From Podarcis melisellensis (Eukaryota), in NCBI GenBank assembly GCA_964234715.1, contig OZ174291.1: 64,000 bases of DNA; one strand, written 5' to 3'. The notes beneath the pieces are model-generated. The model had not been told where the DNA came from, did not search any database, and saw only the letters and a list, made by a program, of their open reading frames with translations. The translations under genes were made by a program, and so were the position numbers. Below, piece after piece: positions 1-12,132 of this stretch. The first letter of the stretch is position 1. Each line of letters opens with the position of its first letter.

Positions 1-144
1 TCCTGGCCGGCAGCTGCTGTTTAAGGCAGGCTTCGCCAAGCTGTTGCCCTCCAGATGTTAGAGGGAAGGGAAAGCTTGGGAGGTTGTGGGATCAGTCCAG
101 CAAGGTGGGCTCTCAGCTAGCTGGCAGGCTGGTTGGCCAGCTGG

Positions 145-164
145 TGTGTGTGTGTGTGTGTGTG
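145..164. repeat. (TG)n microsatellite
   Basis: Direct read. Confidence 0.9.
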
Positions 165-517
165 CACGGGGTCCGAGATTGTGCCCACCCCCCATGTCTC
201 TTTGTTTGCCTGTGCAAAATACAGCACATAGGATGCAAACCTCTGTGTATATATGATGCACACTTATTACATCTGTGTATATACAGACACACACATGCAT
301 GCATGCACCTGAATTGTGTAGATCTCTTTGCAGGCATCGCCACCGCAGTGTCTGTGAGGCCCTTTGCTGATCACACGCTGACTTTTTACTCCAGCTTCCT
401 TCCAAGGTTGGTGACGCTGCATTTTTTTTACCCCCTACCCTCCGTCCTTCCTGCCCTCTCGCCTTTTTCTTCCTTCACCCTCTTTCCTTTATTATTTTTT
501 TTTGATCCGGCCGTTAC

Positions 518-1500
518 CTTTTTGTTTAAAAAAAAAAACCTGCTTCGAAGACCCGCCGCCTGCCTCGCCAACCCCCGCCTTTCGAACCCGCCGTGAGCCG
601 AAGACGGTTTTGCTCGTAGAAACGTGCCCGCTTTTTTGAACTCTCCTCGTGCCCGGAGCAGCGGGCGTTTGCCAACCTTCCGAACTCTCTGCCGGCTAAT
701 TCTTTGCTTGCCCCGTGGTGTTGCTGCCTGCCGAACCTCTGACCCCCTTGTCGCCCAGGTCTCTGCCGGGCTCCTGAGCTGGGGAGAGAGGCCTCCTTTT
801 GCTTCTGCAGTATTCCTGGGTACCGTTCTGTTCTGTTCTGTTTGTTGCCTTTGTACAATCGGTTAATGGAGCTTGTTCCTGTCGTGGCAACTCGTTTGCT
901 TTTTTCCCTTATTTTTTTAAATGTCGATCATTAAATGGCTTTTACAGAACCTCTCGCGTCTCGTCGTGAAATTACACCCACCCCAATCCCCGCCGCCGCC
1001 CGACTTCGCCTCTGCCTTCCATTTCCTCCACCCCACTTTCTGCATGGGGCGGGAGGGAATTGCCCATTCTTGCTGATCTCTACCGCATCCCCCCCGTCCC
1101 CAAGTTTACTTCCTGCCTTCCCTCCCTCTGCTTTCCCTCCAGAGTGATCCTCTCTTTGGGCTCTGCCTCTCTCTTTGCCGCCACTAACTCCATCCGTCCG
1201 TCCGTCTCGCCCGGAGAGTTAGGGAACCATTGTCAAATCCGCAGCAAATTCTGGCTCCCGTCTGTGGGGCTGACTAACGCAGCCTGGGCTGGGCATCTAG
1301 CGGTTTTTTAACCCTGTTTTTTCTCCCTCCATTGACTTTCTCTTTCTGTGGACAGCTGCTTCTGGAAGGTGACCTCGGGCAGGCAGAGCTGACCCGAAGC
1401 GACTCAGCGCCACCAGCCAGCCGAGAAGAAGGCGAAACCCCTGCAAGCGAACCTTCGGCCTCTTGCACTCGTAGCGTAGGCACTGGGAAGGAATGGGGCG
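518..1500 (-). promoter_or_regulatory. CpG-rich region with probable non-coding first exon of an unidentified minus-strand gene running off the left edge
   Basis: Locally high CpG density about 500-1500; strong minus-strand donor AAG|GTAACG with last exon base 518; no recognisable protein in any frame. Confidence 0.35.
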
Positions 1501-2166
1501 TTTGGGCAGGGGTGAGCGAGGGGCCTGGAAAGGGGGGGTTGTCTGGGTTAGGGTACTACCGTAAGATGCTTTCCCCTCGCCTTCCTCCCCCCAGGCGGAA
1601 AGACCACTCAAGAGGAGGGTACGGGCGTGATCTGCCCCTGGGCTGGGGTGCCCAGTCTGGTTCTTTCTGCGGAGGGACAGCTGGGATTGTCTGGGTTAGG
1701 AGACAGAGCCTTCCTGTCCTTGTGTTCCCATTTGCTCTGCCCAAAAGGGTTGGTTTTGTCGCTCTGAAAGGTAAGCAGAAGGACGGAGCCTCCGAGGTGT
1801 AACTCTTTGTCCTTCTGTCAGCTGACGGATCCCCTGGCAGCAGAGCCAGATCTGAACTCGGGACCTCATGATGTGGGGAAGCCTGTGAGGTAAGCAAGCT
1901 CTTTCTCCCCCCCCCCCCACCCCCCCGGCTGGGGCTGAGGGAGGGGTGGTCCTTTGCGGAGCCAAGGGTGGTGGTGGGGAGAAGCTCTTGCAGGAGAAGC
2001 CTTCAGCTCCAAACTCCCCACTCCACTCGCTTGTACGTGACCTTTCTTCGGTGCCCTCTGGGCGTGGCTTCTGGGACCCTCAATCATCAGCAGCTGAGGC
2101 AAGAGACAGATGTCTGTGGAGTCCTTGGGGGGACACCTCCATCCCCATTTCCGCCTCATAAAGCAA

Positions 2167-2389
2167 TAGTCGTCTCTCGGAAGTTGAACAGAATCCGTTC
2201 CGGGAGGTCCATTCAACTTCCAAAACGTTCAGAAACCAAATCACGGCTTCTGATTGGCTGCAGGAGCTGCCGGACATTCAGGTTCCAGAAGAACGTACGC
2301 AAACCAGAACAACCACTTTCTGGGTTTGCGGCGTTCAGGAGCCAAAACGTCCGAGTTCCAGAGCATTCAACAACCAAGATCTGACTGTA
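2167..2389. mobile_element. Degraded Tc1/mariner (Tigger-like) MITE
   Basis: Ends TAGTCGTCTCTCGG ... AACCAAGATCTGACTGTA resemble a TA-CAGT...ACTG-TA terminal inverted repeat; boundaries approximate. Confidence 0.5.
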
Positions 2390-2989
2390 CTTGTGCCCCC
2401 GACCCCTGCTTTCCCTCCTCCCTGGGTTCTCCCTTATCCTCCAAGTGAGCTTCACCCTTTGAGCTGTGGTACGGCAAGAGGTGAGTTTGCACCTCCCTGG
2501 CTTGGCTGGGGCTTGTAGGACGCAGAATCACAACCCGCCATGATTGTGTGGGTTTCATATCCTGGCATGAACTCCTGTCTGGGCGACAATGAAAGCAGGT
2601 CGGCACCAGGACCCTTTGGCACAAGAACCCCCAAAGAGACGGCTTTTCATCCATGTGGCCCTCGCTCCCCAGCTCCGGCCACTTGGCACAGGATCATGCT
2701 GGAGTTGGACACCAGCCGGCAGCGCGGCCTAATGGTCAGAGATCCTTGGAGTTGGCCAGGTACGGAGAGCTCCCACAGGTGCTTTGAGGGAAGGAAGAGG
2801 AAGCAGTGGACGAAGGGGGTGATCCGAGAGGGAAAGAAGCAGGAGTTTTCCCAAGTGGTTGCTGCCTCTGCTGCCGCAGGGTCTTCCCACACGTAGCAGC
2901 AGCGTAGGGGAATAAAGCGGATAGAGAACAGTTTTTATCCCTCCCTTGGAAGTCATGGGCATCCACAGCAGCTGGATGTTGGAAGATTG

Positions 2990-3330
2990 AGGGCAAGGTC
3001 CTTCACGCAGCACACAGTTAAACTGTGGAACTCCCTTCCACAGGGGGCAGTGATGACCACCAACTTGGATGGCTTTAAAAGGGAATTGGACAAATTCATA
3101 GAGGAGGAGGAGGCTGCAATAAGCCATGATGGCCATGACTCTGCCTCCTGGGAGGCAGCAATGCTTCTGAATATCAGTTGCTGGAAACCACAGGAGGGGA
3201 GAATTGCTCTTCAACTCATGTCCTGCTTGAGAGTTTCCCAATGGAGGCACCTGGCTGGCCACTATGAGAACAGGATGCTGGACCAGATAGGCCCTCTTCG
3301 GCCTGATTCAGCAGGCTCTTACTCCATTCC
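2990..3330 (+). mobile_element. CR1-type LINE 3' fragment / derived SINE
   Basis: Translates FTQHTVKLWNSLPQGAVMTTNLDGFKRELDKF, typical of the CR1 ORF2 C-terminus; related pieces at about 5430-5580, 6630-6705 and 11985-12060. Confidence 0.7.
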
Positions 3331-3887
3331 TTAGGAGAAAATGCTTTTAATGCGTAGCTCCCAGGGATTGCTAAAAGGAAGCTGCTGCAGCGTGAAAACC
3401 CAACCTGCCAGGGGGAGGGGCAGAGCGGAGGAGACAGGTGAGCAGGGATTGGGTAGAGCAAGTGAGCTCCCTGCTGGCTATGTGAAAAGTGAGATGCTTC
3501 CACAGCTGGTCTTCTCCATCCCAGCCAAGAAATGAAACTTTGGAGCAGGGCTTAGGGATAACCTTGAGGGTTAGATTGGGGCCTGGAGGGCCACTTTTGA
3601 CTCCTGAGCTATTTGTAGGCCCTGGGGACAGAGGCTCGAGACCTCATGGAGCACCAAGGAACATCCCGAGTGCCTGAGAAATTAAAACAGCTTTTAAAAA
3701 TGGTGACTGTGTGTTTTGCTTCCCTGTCCCCCATCCCCTGCTTCCGTTGACTGCTGGCCGTGAGAGGGGACACCCCCCCCCCACCTGCCGTGCCCGATGC
3801 TTCTTTGGCCTGAAACAACTCTCCCGTTTTCAAATCCCGGCGGCTGAGAATTATCTGCACTCTTCCCTAAATCGTGTTCTTTATTAT

Positions 3888-4117
3888 TACAGTGGTACCT
3901 CAGGTTACAGACGCTTCAGGTTACAGACTCCGCTAACCCAGAAATAGTGCTTCAGGTTAAGAACTTTGCTTCAGGATAAGAACAGAAATCGGGCTCTGGT
4001 GGCGCGGCAGCAGCAGGAGGCCCCATTAGCAAAAGTGGTGCTTCCGGTTAAGAACAGTTTCAGGTTAAGAACGGACCTCCAGAACGAATTAAGTACTTAA
4101 CCTGAGGTACCACTGTA
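3888..4117. mobile_element. Tc1/mariner (Tigger-like) MITE, family A copy 1
   Basis: TA + CAGTGGTACCTCAGGTTA ... TAACCTGAGGTACCACTG + TA; four copies in the window. Confidence 0.9.
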
Positions 4118-4508
4118 TTATGTTTATACTCCACCTTTTCCTCCAAGGAGCTCATCAAGATGGCATACATGGTTCTCCCGTTCCTCATTTAATCCCCAGA
4201 ACAACCCTGTGAGGGAGGTTTGGCTGAGAGGCAGTGAGCTGAGTGGCTGAGTGGAGGATTTGAACCCTAGTCTCCCAGGTCCTGGTCTGACACTCTTTAA
4301 CCACAACACCACCACCACCACTGGCTCTTGGGGGGGGGATAGCTGTGTGTATGTTTTCAGGGGCGGGCAGTACCTGCTGGCTGGGGCTGATGGGAGTTGT
4401 AGTCTGAGGACATCTGGGGGGAGATAACAGGCTGCCCTAGCGCATGCCCCCACCCCGCCATCATATGTGTGCCAGATTTGAGGTGTGCCAGAAAGGAAGG
4501 ACCCCAAG

Positions 4509-4632
4509 TACAGTGGTGCCCCGCAAGACGAATGCCTCACAAGACGTAAAACCCGCTAGACGAAAGGGTTTTCTGTTTTTCGATGCGCTTCGCAAGACGA
4601 ATTTCCCTATGGGCTTGCTTCGCAAGACGAAA
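4509..4632. mobile_element. Truncated Tigger-like DNA element
   Basis: TA-CAGTGGTGCCCCGCAAGACGAA start with repeated CGCAAGACGAA motif; second terminal repeat not seen. Confidence 0.55.
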
Positions 4633-5582
4633 ACTGTGGGACAAGAGCCCAGCATGGTGTGTTTGGGTGGGCAGGGGGAGTCCCAAAGCCTCGCAACACT
4701 TCTCCCCCACCCCCGAAATAACCCTTCTTCGGTATGTGAAGAGGTGGGGGAAAACTGCCTCCTAATATTTTAAAAGCGCTATAATTTATAGAGCATTTTT
4801 CACTCGATATGTCTGAAATTTGGAAGAGTGAGTTTTATAATGTGATGCCAGGGAGAATTACTGGAAGAACTACCTCTTGGCTTGGATTAAGCAGATCCGT
4901 CCTTTCGATAGGCTAATTGCTGCTCTCTTCTTGAACATTTGTAAGAAATAGCTTAGCGTAAAGATATTTTAAGGATGTGACTCTCTGCACATTTTCACTT
5001 TGGAGTCTACTGATGAACTCTGTGGACCTTGTTTCTAAGTAAACACAGATCCTATCAGTCTCTGTTGCCCCTCTTACCTACAGATTGTTACTGTTGTTAA
5101 TTACTATGATTAATGTTAACATGTATGGCCCACTCTTCACTAGCAGGTCCCAGGGCAGGTTACAAGCGAAAATTCTGAATTAAAAACAGTTAAAACAGAT
5201 GGCAATTGCAGGAGCAGGCTAGGCCCTGGAACACAAGGGCCCCTTCCCCCAATTTCAGCTATGCATTTTACAAAATGCAGAATAGTTAAAATGCACTTTT
5301 TCCTCTCTTGCATTAAAGTTCCCTAGGTGGGAAGAGAACCAAAAGCCGACTGAGTTCCTGGGCAGATTCAGGCTTCAGGACAGATTTTAAAAAAGAACTT
5401 ACTCATGCAGCACATATCTGAGATAAAGGAGGCAGTGATGGCTGCCAACTTGGATGGCTTTAAAAGAAGATGAGACAGATTCATGGAGGAAAAGGCTATT
5501 GATGGCTACTAGCCAGGATGGCTCTGTTCTGGCTCCGGGAGGAGAGGGCTCTGGTGCTCAAGTCCTGCTTGCAGGTTTCCTC

Positions 5583-6012
5583 AAAGAAAACCACCCGTGC
5601 AGGTAATAGCTTATAAATCACTGCAGTAAGATTTGTTCCAATGACATTGTTTGCGATAAAAACCAATTGTTTGGGCATCAGTGGGGAGGCTTGGTCAGTG
5701 GCCGACAGAAAAAGGATGCATAACTGAAAAAGCAAACAATGTGAAATAGATAAATACCGGAAATCTCTATAATTTATTGGAGAAGCCAGTTTTGTACAGG
5801 GTGAGTCTTTTAAAAGAGGCCCTGTGGAACATGTGTACTCTGTATCCACAGGGCCTCTTTTGAAGGACTCTCCCTGTGAAAATGACAAGGAAAACTTTTA
5901 TTCATTGAGAAGCAAGTTTTACAATGTGGAAAGCTCCTGAGGGATCAAATTTTGTTGGAACAAATCTTATTGCTGCAATTTATAAGCTGCTGCCTGCATG
6001 GGTTGTTTTCTC
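5583..6012. mobile_element. Old inverted-repeat (MITE-like) element with a nested 33-bp-stem hairpin
   Basis: 5583-5641 is roughly 80% identical to the reverse complement of 5955-6012; internal arms 5796-5828 and 5845-5877 pair at 30/33 positions. Confidence 0.65.
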
Positions 6013-6395
6013 TTTCCCCCCAAACTGACACATGCAGTTCCTGAGTTTGATGGAGGTTTCCTAGAAGAGGCACCAGGTTGGCCACTCTGAGAAAAGAATG
6101 ATGGACAAGAAAGGCCCTCGGCCTGATCCAGCAGGTTCTACGGTCGTCCAGGCGCAGTGGGAATAAACTAAGACACACGGGTGGAAAGGAGATTTACAAA
6201 CATGTATTGTTTTTACAGTGCGGCCTGAGTTCCCAACAAAAGTGAGGCAGGGTTCGGGTGAAGTCAAGGGGCTGGATCTGTTCCGGGCAGCTTATGCCAG
6301 TGTGAGGTTGTGGGTCAGCGAGGAAGCAAATGGCCATTCTGCTCCCAAGCTGACGCACGGCCACTGCGGGTGGAGTGGGGGTTTGGAAGCCCCAC

Positions 6396-6502
6396 TCACA
6401 GCTGTAGATGCTTCAGGTGCAGCTGGAAGATTTCCTCGGCCCTCTGAAGGTACTCTGCTGTCTTCTTCTTCACGGCCTCCCTGCGAGCTGCGTCCGGGTC
6501 CC
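6396..6502 (-). CDS. SNX15: Sorting nexin 15, exon 8 (end of MIT domain, stop)
   Basis: tctttcag|GG GAC; (G)DPDAARREAVKKKTAEYLQRAEEIFQLHLKHLQL*; TGA at 6396-6398. Confidence 0.92.
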
Positions 6503-6705
6503 CTGAAAGAAGGGAGGAGCAGGTCTTGGCTGATGGCTACTACCCTCCTGGCAACAAAAGGGTGGGAGGGCAGTGGCTTAGCAGTTAGAGCAATCTGCCT
6601 TGCATGCAGGAGGCCCAAAGCCCAACAAAGACGAGTAACAGGACAGATGAAATTAAGTACGTGGTTAAACCTCTGGAACTCATGCCTTTAGTAGGCAGTG
6701 ATGGC

Positions 6706-6895
6706 TAGGGCTGGGCGACATCTGGTTTTCATCATCGCGATATATCACTGGCTAAGCATCGCAATATATCACGATGTCTGAAATAAGGTTGGAGCTATGT
6801 AGAGGCATTGGGTATTTTTACCGCATTGTGATATTTGCATCGCGTGCCCACACGTGATTCACGATAAATTGGCAGGTCAAAAATTATGAAACCAT
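6706..6895. mobile_element. hAT-type MITE, partial copy (same family as 18831-19094)
   Basis: Starts TAGGGCTGGGCGA; inverse match to the 18831 element. Confidence 0.7.
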
Positions 6896-7203
6896 TCTCT
6901 TCCCCCCCCCCATTTTTGAGGTTTCTTCTTGCAATCAACCAGTATATAAATCTTTTGAAATAAATAAATAAAGGAGATTAAAGTGAGGGAGGCAGGATCC
7001 CCTCAGAGACCTTGAAAAGGCAAAGTTTACAGCCACGTTTACTTGGAAGCAAGCCTCAGCGAGTTGAAACGGGCTAACTTCCTAGAAGCCACATGGACTT
7101 GTGGCTCTGACTCTCAGAGACCAATTCCCAGGCCCTACACATGGGGAGGTGCCCAGGGGAGGGGAGCTGGAATATAGTTTGGGGACCAGGCATCGCCCGT
7201 TAC

Positions 7204-7464
7204 CTTGCAGTCCCTGCAGCAAGAGGTCAACACCGCTGCGGTAGCCACAGAAAGCTGCCTTGTAGTCCTTGGCAGCTTCACTCTCCAAGGCCTGCCTGAT
7301 GCGCTCTGTGGCCAACGGCAGGTAACTGCCTGGGTCCGATGCAGCAGCTCCTTCCTGGGCTACCTGGCCCGCTCCTGCGCTGGGGGCCGAAAGCGCTGGT
7401 CCATGTCCTGAGGCAGCGAGAGCGGCCAGCTCTTCCTCGTGGGAGAGGCTGGCTGCACCGGGGT
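7204..7464 (-). CDS. SNX15: SNX15 exon 7 (start of MIT domain)
   Basis: gtccag|AC CCC ... CAA G|gtaac; YLPLATERIRQALESEAAKDYKAAFCGYRSGVDLLLQGLQG; 261 nt, phase 1-1. Confidence 0.9.
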
Positions 7465-7619
7465 CTGGACAGAACAAAGAAAAATGTTATTTATCTATTA
7501 ACGTACAAAAATATTTGCACACCACTGCAGTTTTTTAAACAAAGAAAAAATTACAACAGCTTATGGCAATAAAAACAAAACCGTACAATGAAACTATTAA
7601 AAAGTTAAAAACAGACCTC

Positions 7620-8050
7620 ATTGAACCATTGCAGAACGATGCACTTGTAATTGCCTACACAGATATGGCGGAATAGAAAAGTCTCCAGCAGGCATTTAAA
7701 AGTTGGCACAAAAGGCGCCTGCTGAATCTGTAGGGGCAGAGAGTTCCACAGGAGCAGGCCAACAACAGGTTCTTGTTGTTGTCAAATGAGCCTTGGCAGC
7801 TCTGGGAATGACCAGCGACATTCCTGCAGATGACCTCAGTAGTCAAAGTGAAATACCCTGGACCAAAGTTGTTTTGTAAATTAATAAAAGGGCCTTGAAC
7901 CTGGCTCAGTTGTTTTAACAAGGCTGTCACATGTTCTTGGTCAGATGCTCCCATCAGCAGTCTAGTTGCTGCATTCTGCACCAGCTGGAGCATTTGAACT
8001 AGGCCCAAGGGCAGCCCCACACAAAGCACATTGCAGTAGTCCAGCTTCAC
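7620..8050 (-). mobile_element. L2-clade LINE ORF2 3' fragment
   Basis: KLDYCNVLCVGLPLGLVQMLQLVQNAATRLL matches the L2 post-RT motif; degenerate. Confidence 0.8.
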
Positions 8051-8363
8051 AGACTACAGTGGTCAGGCTATCCCTGAGCAGGAACGGCCATAGCTAGCAA
8101 ACCAAGGAGGAGGATTTGGCCCCTAAGATGTAACCAGTTGTACCCTGCAAGCCATATGCTTGCTCCATCCAGAATACTTTCCACTGCCAAGCATTGTGGC
8201 AACAGTACAGAAAAACTAAAAGTAAAATCCCAACAATGCAATTCAGCTTGCTGTTCATCTTCCTGGAACCGGTGAGTGTTCAGAGGTGGGGAGGGACCCT
8301 GCAACTTGGCTACCTATATCCTACATGGTCCAGGCCCCCCCCCCGGCGTTTGAGCCCACCTAC

Positions 8364-8528
8364 CTTCCTTTGAGAAGGGATCAAACAGGGCTAACTCCTG
8401 GAGCGACAAGGGGCCGCGGGAGGGCGACCCCAGACCCTTCTCGCCTTCCTCCTCCTCTTCGTCGCCGCCAAAGGCAAAGAGAGCATCCAAGGCCTCGTCG
8501 TCACACTTCTCGGGCGAGGAGGGCCTCC
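8364..8528 (-). CDS. SNX15: SNX15 exon 6
   Basis: tccacag|GG AGG ... GAA G|gtagg; EALDALF...SPSRGPLSLQELALFDPFSKE matches SNX15; 165 nt, phase 1-1. Confidence 0.88.
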
Positions 8529-8591
8529 CTGTGGAGGGGACACTGATCAGTGCAAGACATTGATAAACCCCAACCCAGAAAACGCCTAGAG

Positions 8592-8824
8592 CAGGGGTCA
8601 GCAAACGTTTTCAGCAGGGGGCCGGTCCCCTGTCCCTCAGACCTTGTGGGGGGCTGGATTATATATATATTTTTAAAAAGAACCAATTCCTATGCTCCAC
8701 AAATAACCCAGAGATGCATTTTAAATAAAAGGACACATTCTACTCATGTAAAAACACACTGATTCCTGATTTAGAAGGTGATTGGGCCGGATCCAGGCCC
8801 CGGGCCTTAGTTTGCCTACCTATG
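8592..8824. mobile_element. hAT (Charlie-like) MITE
   Basis: CAGGGGTCAGCAAAC ... GTTTGCCTACCTATG ends; perfect 8-bp target-site duplication (TSD) GCCTAGAG at 8584-8591 and 8825-8832. Confidence 0.85.
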
Positions 8825-9687
8825 GCCTAGAGTGACAAGGCTTTGCAATGGCCCAATCAGCACTCGGATTCAAATGGGCTACAGAGGTGGTCCTGGCCAG
8901 ACTGGCGGAAGGAAAAGCGCACTCTGGACGTGCGCAGGGCCTTTAGGATCTTCCACAGGTGCACAGAGAAAGTGCGCCAGTCAGAGGTCAGATTGTTTCC
9001 CCTCCTATTCAGTTCCAAGAGGCACAAGCCCCCCCCCCCTGCGTCATTGTAACGACTCACCTTCATGAGTCCTTACAAGCTAAGCCTTAGCAGAGGCTTC
9101 CTTTGGCAGGTAAACACCATAAAAGGTACAGCCTGCAGCAGCTCACATCCAATCTGGAAACTGCTGAGATAATTCCCATATGGGCTGCATTACAGCAGTC
9201 CAGGCAGGAGGTCACTAGAGTGTGGAAAGCTGGGGCCAGGATGTCCTGATCTAGGACTGGCCACAAATCTGGCTCAGCTGGGTATTGTCAGGGAATGGGC
9301 TCAAGAGGGTGAGATGGAGCATTCCCCCCCCTCCTTTATGACGCTGCAGGAGAAGAGGGCTGTAGCATTGATTTATAGCAGGGGTTTGAGGAAAGTCACA
9401 GCTCAGATGAACAGAAGAGTTGGGAAGGGCTAGAAGAAGGGGGTGGGAATTGTGGCAGGGCAGCCAGGTGACGCGTTGTCATCGGAGGGTACTTCTGATT
9501 TCCCTTCTCCCAGAACTCGTCAGGGTTCGTTAAGAGTGCAGGAACAAAGGAATCAAAGACGTTTGACCACAAGTGGACACCGTAAAGGAAGATGCTGTTG
9601 CTAGGGAAGAGGGAGGAGGAGCCCAGTTTGGAGCAACACCATTGTTAAGGCTTGCTGCGTTCTTTTGTCTCTCACTACAGTGGTACC

Positions 9688-9998
9688 ATGGGATGCGGGT
9701 GGCCTAGCACTTGCCGATCAGATGGTCGGCGGTTGGAATCCCCGCAACGGGGTGAGCTCCCGTTGCTTGGTCCCTGCTCCTCCCAACCTAGCAGTTCGAA
9801 AGCGCATCAAAGTGCAAGTAGATAAATAGGTACCGTGTTTCCGTGCGCTGCTCTGGTTCGCCAGAAGTGGCTTAGTCATGCTGGCCACATGACCCGGAAG
9901 CTGTACGCCGACTCCCTTGGCTAATAAAGCAAGATGAGCGCCGCAACTCCAGAGTCGGTCACGACTGGACCTAATGGTCAGGGGTCCCTTTATCCTTT
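9688..9998 (+). mobile_element. Sauria-type SINE (internal 5' deletion)
   Basis: tRNA-like head, BovB-like tail GAGTCGGTCACGACTGGACCTAATGGTCAGGGGTCCCTTTA; 12-bp TSD TACAGTGGTACC. Confidence 0.85.
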
Positions 9999-10228
9999 TA
10001 CAGTGGTACCTCGGGTTAAGTACTTAATTCGTTCTGGAGGTCCGTTCTTAATCTGAAACTGTTCTTAACCTGAAGCACCACTTTAGCTAATGGGGCCTCC
10101 TGCTGCTGCCATGCCGCTGGAGCACAATTTCTGTTCTCATCCTGAAGCAAATTTCTTAACCCGAGGTACCATTTCTGGATTAGCGGGGTCTGTAACCTGA
10201 AGCGTCTGTAACCCGAGGTACCACTGTA
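9999..10228. mobile_element. Tigger-like MITE, family A copy 2
   Basis: TA-CAGTGGTACCTCGGGTTA ... TAACCCGAGGTACCACTG-TA. Confidence 0.9.
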
Positions 10229-10319
10229 TTATGATTGAATAAAATCATTAAAAAGGACTCTACCTTGTTCCTTCTGCTCTCGCTGCAACAGGGGGAGGAA
10301 TAGCTTTTCCGAAGCCTTG

Positions 10320-11085
10320 ACAGGTATAGGCGCTCCTGGTTGCAAAAGCCACTTGGGAGTCCAGGGACAATTTGGAATCTAGGAGTATCCCCCGGGTGAC
10401 CAACCTGGCCCTTCAGGGGGAGTACAACCCCTCCCAGGAAATACTCCTAATTCCTGGACACCGGAACAGCCCAGCCATGACGTTTCTATACTTACAGGTT
10501 TCAGCCTCGGTTTATTGGTCCCCATCACTGCCAGAAGACACCTGCCCAGCCTCTCCTCCTTCTGATGGTATGGAGAGATACAGGTGTTTGCCACCAGCAT
10601 ACCTGCTCCCAATCCCCAGGTGACAGCTCCCAAGGGTTTCATACAGGTGTTAAATAGTGTGGGAGACAGGCCATGGAGCTGGGTCACACTCTCCTACTTT
10701 CTGGCAGTGGCCCTGTAGGTAGGGACAGAACCTCTATGCAAGGCAGCGCCCTCCATCTCCCACCTGCCCAGGTCACTCCAGAAGGACACCAGTGTAAACC
10801 AGTGTGGTGTAGTGGTTAAGAGCGGTAGATTCGTAATCTGGGGAATCGGGTTCGCGTCTCCGCTCCTCCACATGCAGCTGCTGGGTGACCTTGGGCCAGT
10901 CACACTTCTCTGAAGTCTCTCAGCCTCACTCACCTCACAGAGTGTTTGTTGTGGGGGAGGAAGGGAAAGGAGAATGTTAGCTGCTTTGAGACTCCTTCGG
11001 GTAGTGATAAAGCGGGATATCAAATCCAAACCAGTGGTGTCAAAAGCCACTGAGAGGTCAAGGAGGACCACCAGGGCCACACGTC
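10320..11085 (-). mobile_element. L2-clade LINE RT fragment interrupted by a SINE
   Basis: LVVLLDLSVAFDT (RT motif) at about 11040-11080 and LSPTLFNTCMKPLGAV at about 10630-10670. Confidence 0.75.
10799..11030 (+). mobile_element. tRNA-head / CORE-type SINE (Squam3-like)
   Basis: CCAGTGTGGTGTAGTGGTTAAGAGC A-box head, GGGTGACCTTGGGCCAGTCAC core; AAACCAGTG duplicated at 10796 and 11028. Confidence 0.75.
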
Positions 11086-11480
11086 CCCTGCCTTCCTTAC
11101 GTTAAAAATCTTATTCAAATCTCCACCCACTTTTGCCACCGTTGAAATGTGGCCCCTGGAAGGTTGTGGCTCTCAGGCTGTTAATAGGTTCAGCTGTTTT
11201 AAATCCACCAGCACCCCATCATTGCAAGGGCTCCCACTGCTCCCTCTACGGGTGAGGAGAGGGAGAAGGAACAGGAAAAGAAGAAGAAATGTCTCCTAGT
11301 TGTCCTACCCATCTCTTCTCTCCAAAAATACCCTTATCATGGTCTCTGTTCAAGTAAGGAAAAAAATTTAATACCGCGCCTGAGCATGTGCAGAGTGCCT
11401 TTCTCTCCATGAGGAAAACAAAACGCAAACCAGATCCACAACCTGTCTCGTTTTATGCCCGAAGCTCTAGAAGGCTGTAC

Positions 11481-11724
11481 CTTCCTCCTCCGTTTGGGGC
11501 TGCAGGGCACCACACTCCTCGCTCGCTGCCTCCGGAGCAACATCAGGGTTCTGCTGCTCCAAATCCAGGCCCCCCTGTTTGGAGTCCAGGAGCACTTGCT
11601 CATCCACAGATCCCAGAGCATCCTCCGCTGGCTCCACTCCTTCCGAGGATGGCGGCACTGGGATCAGAGGGGGAGGCAGAGAGGGCAGGTCGCGGGTCTC
11701 CAGAGGTCTCCTCCCCTCCCCACT
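11481..11724 (-). CDS. SNX15: SNX15 exon 5
   Basis: tcttgcag|AGT GGG GAG ... GAA G|gtacag; SGEGRRPLETRDLPSLPPPLIPVPP; 244 nt, phase 0-1. Confidence 0.82.
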
Positions 11725-12132
11725 CTGCAAGACAGAAGCAGCAGAGAGTGGGTCCAAATGTCAGCCGGGCAGGGGAGACGAGGGTTCCTTTATTTGAGGA
11801 CTGGGGCAAAACTTCAGGCAAGGACCCAGTGCCACTTTTGCAACCAAGGAGGGACCCAGGGACACAACTCCAAAGATGGCCTTAGCATTTTTGGAGTGGT
11901 AGTGGCAGTGGGCAGGGAGACCACTTGGAAATTGCTGTGGGGGGGGTGGGGGGGTTTCTTGGTGGGCCCATTAACTATGTGTTTCCTTATTCACACAGCA
12001 CAGAGTTAAACTACGGAACTCCCTCCCACAGGAGGCAGGGATGGCCACCAACCTGAAGCACCTTTGGAGAAAAAGGTGGGATATAAATAAATAGATGCAA
12101 TAAATAAATAAAACCTGCCCGGCCAAAAATAC

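Noticed and set aside
2540-2900. GC-rich exon-like stretch with overlapping short ORFs
   Set aside because: No recognisable protein and no consistent splice-site pair.
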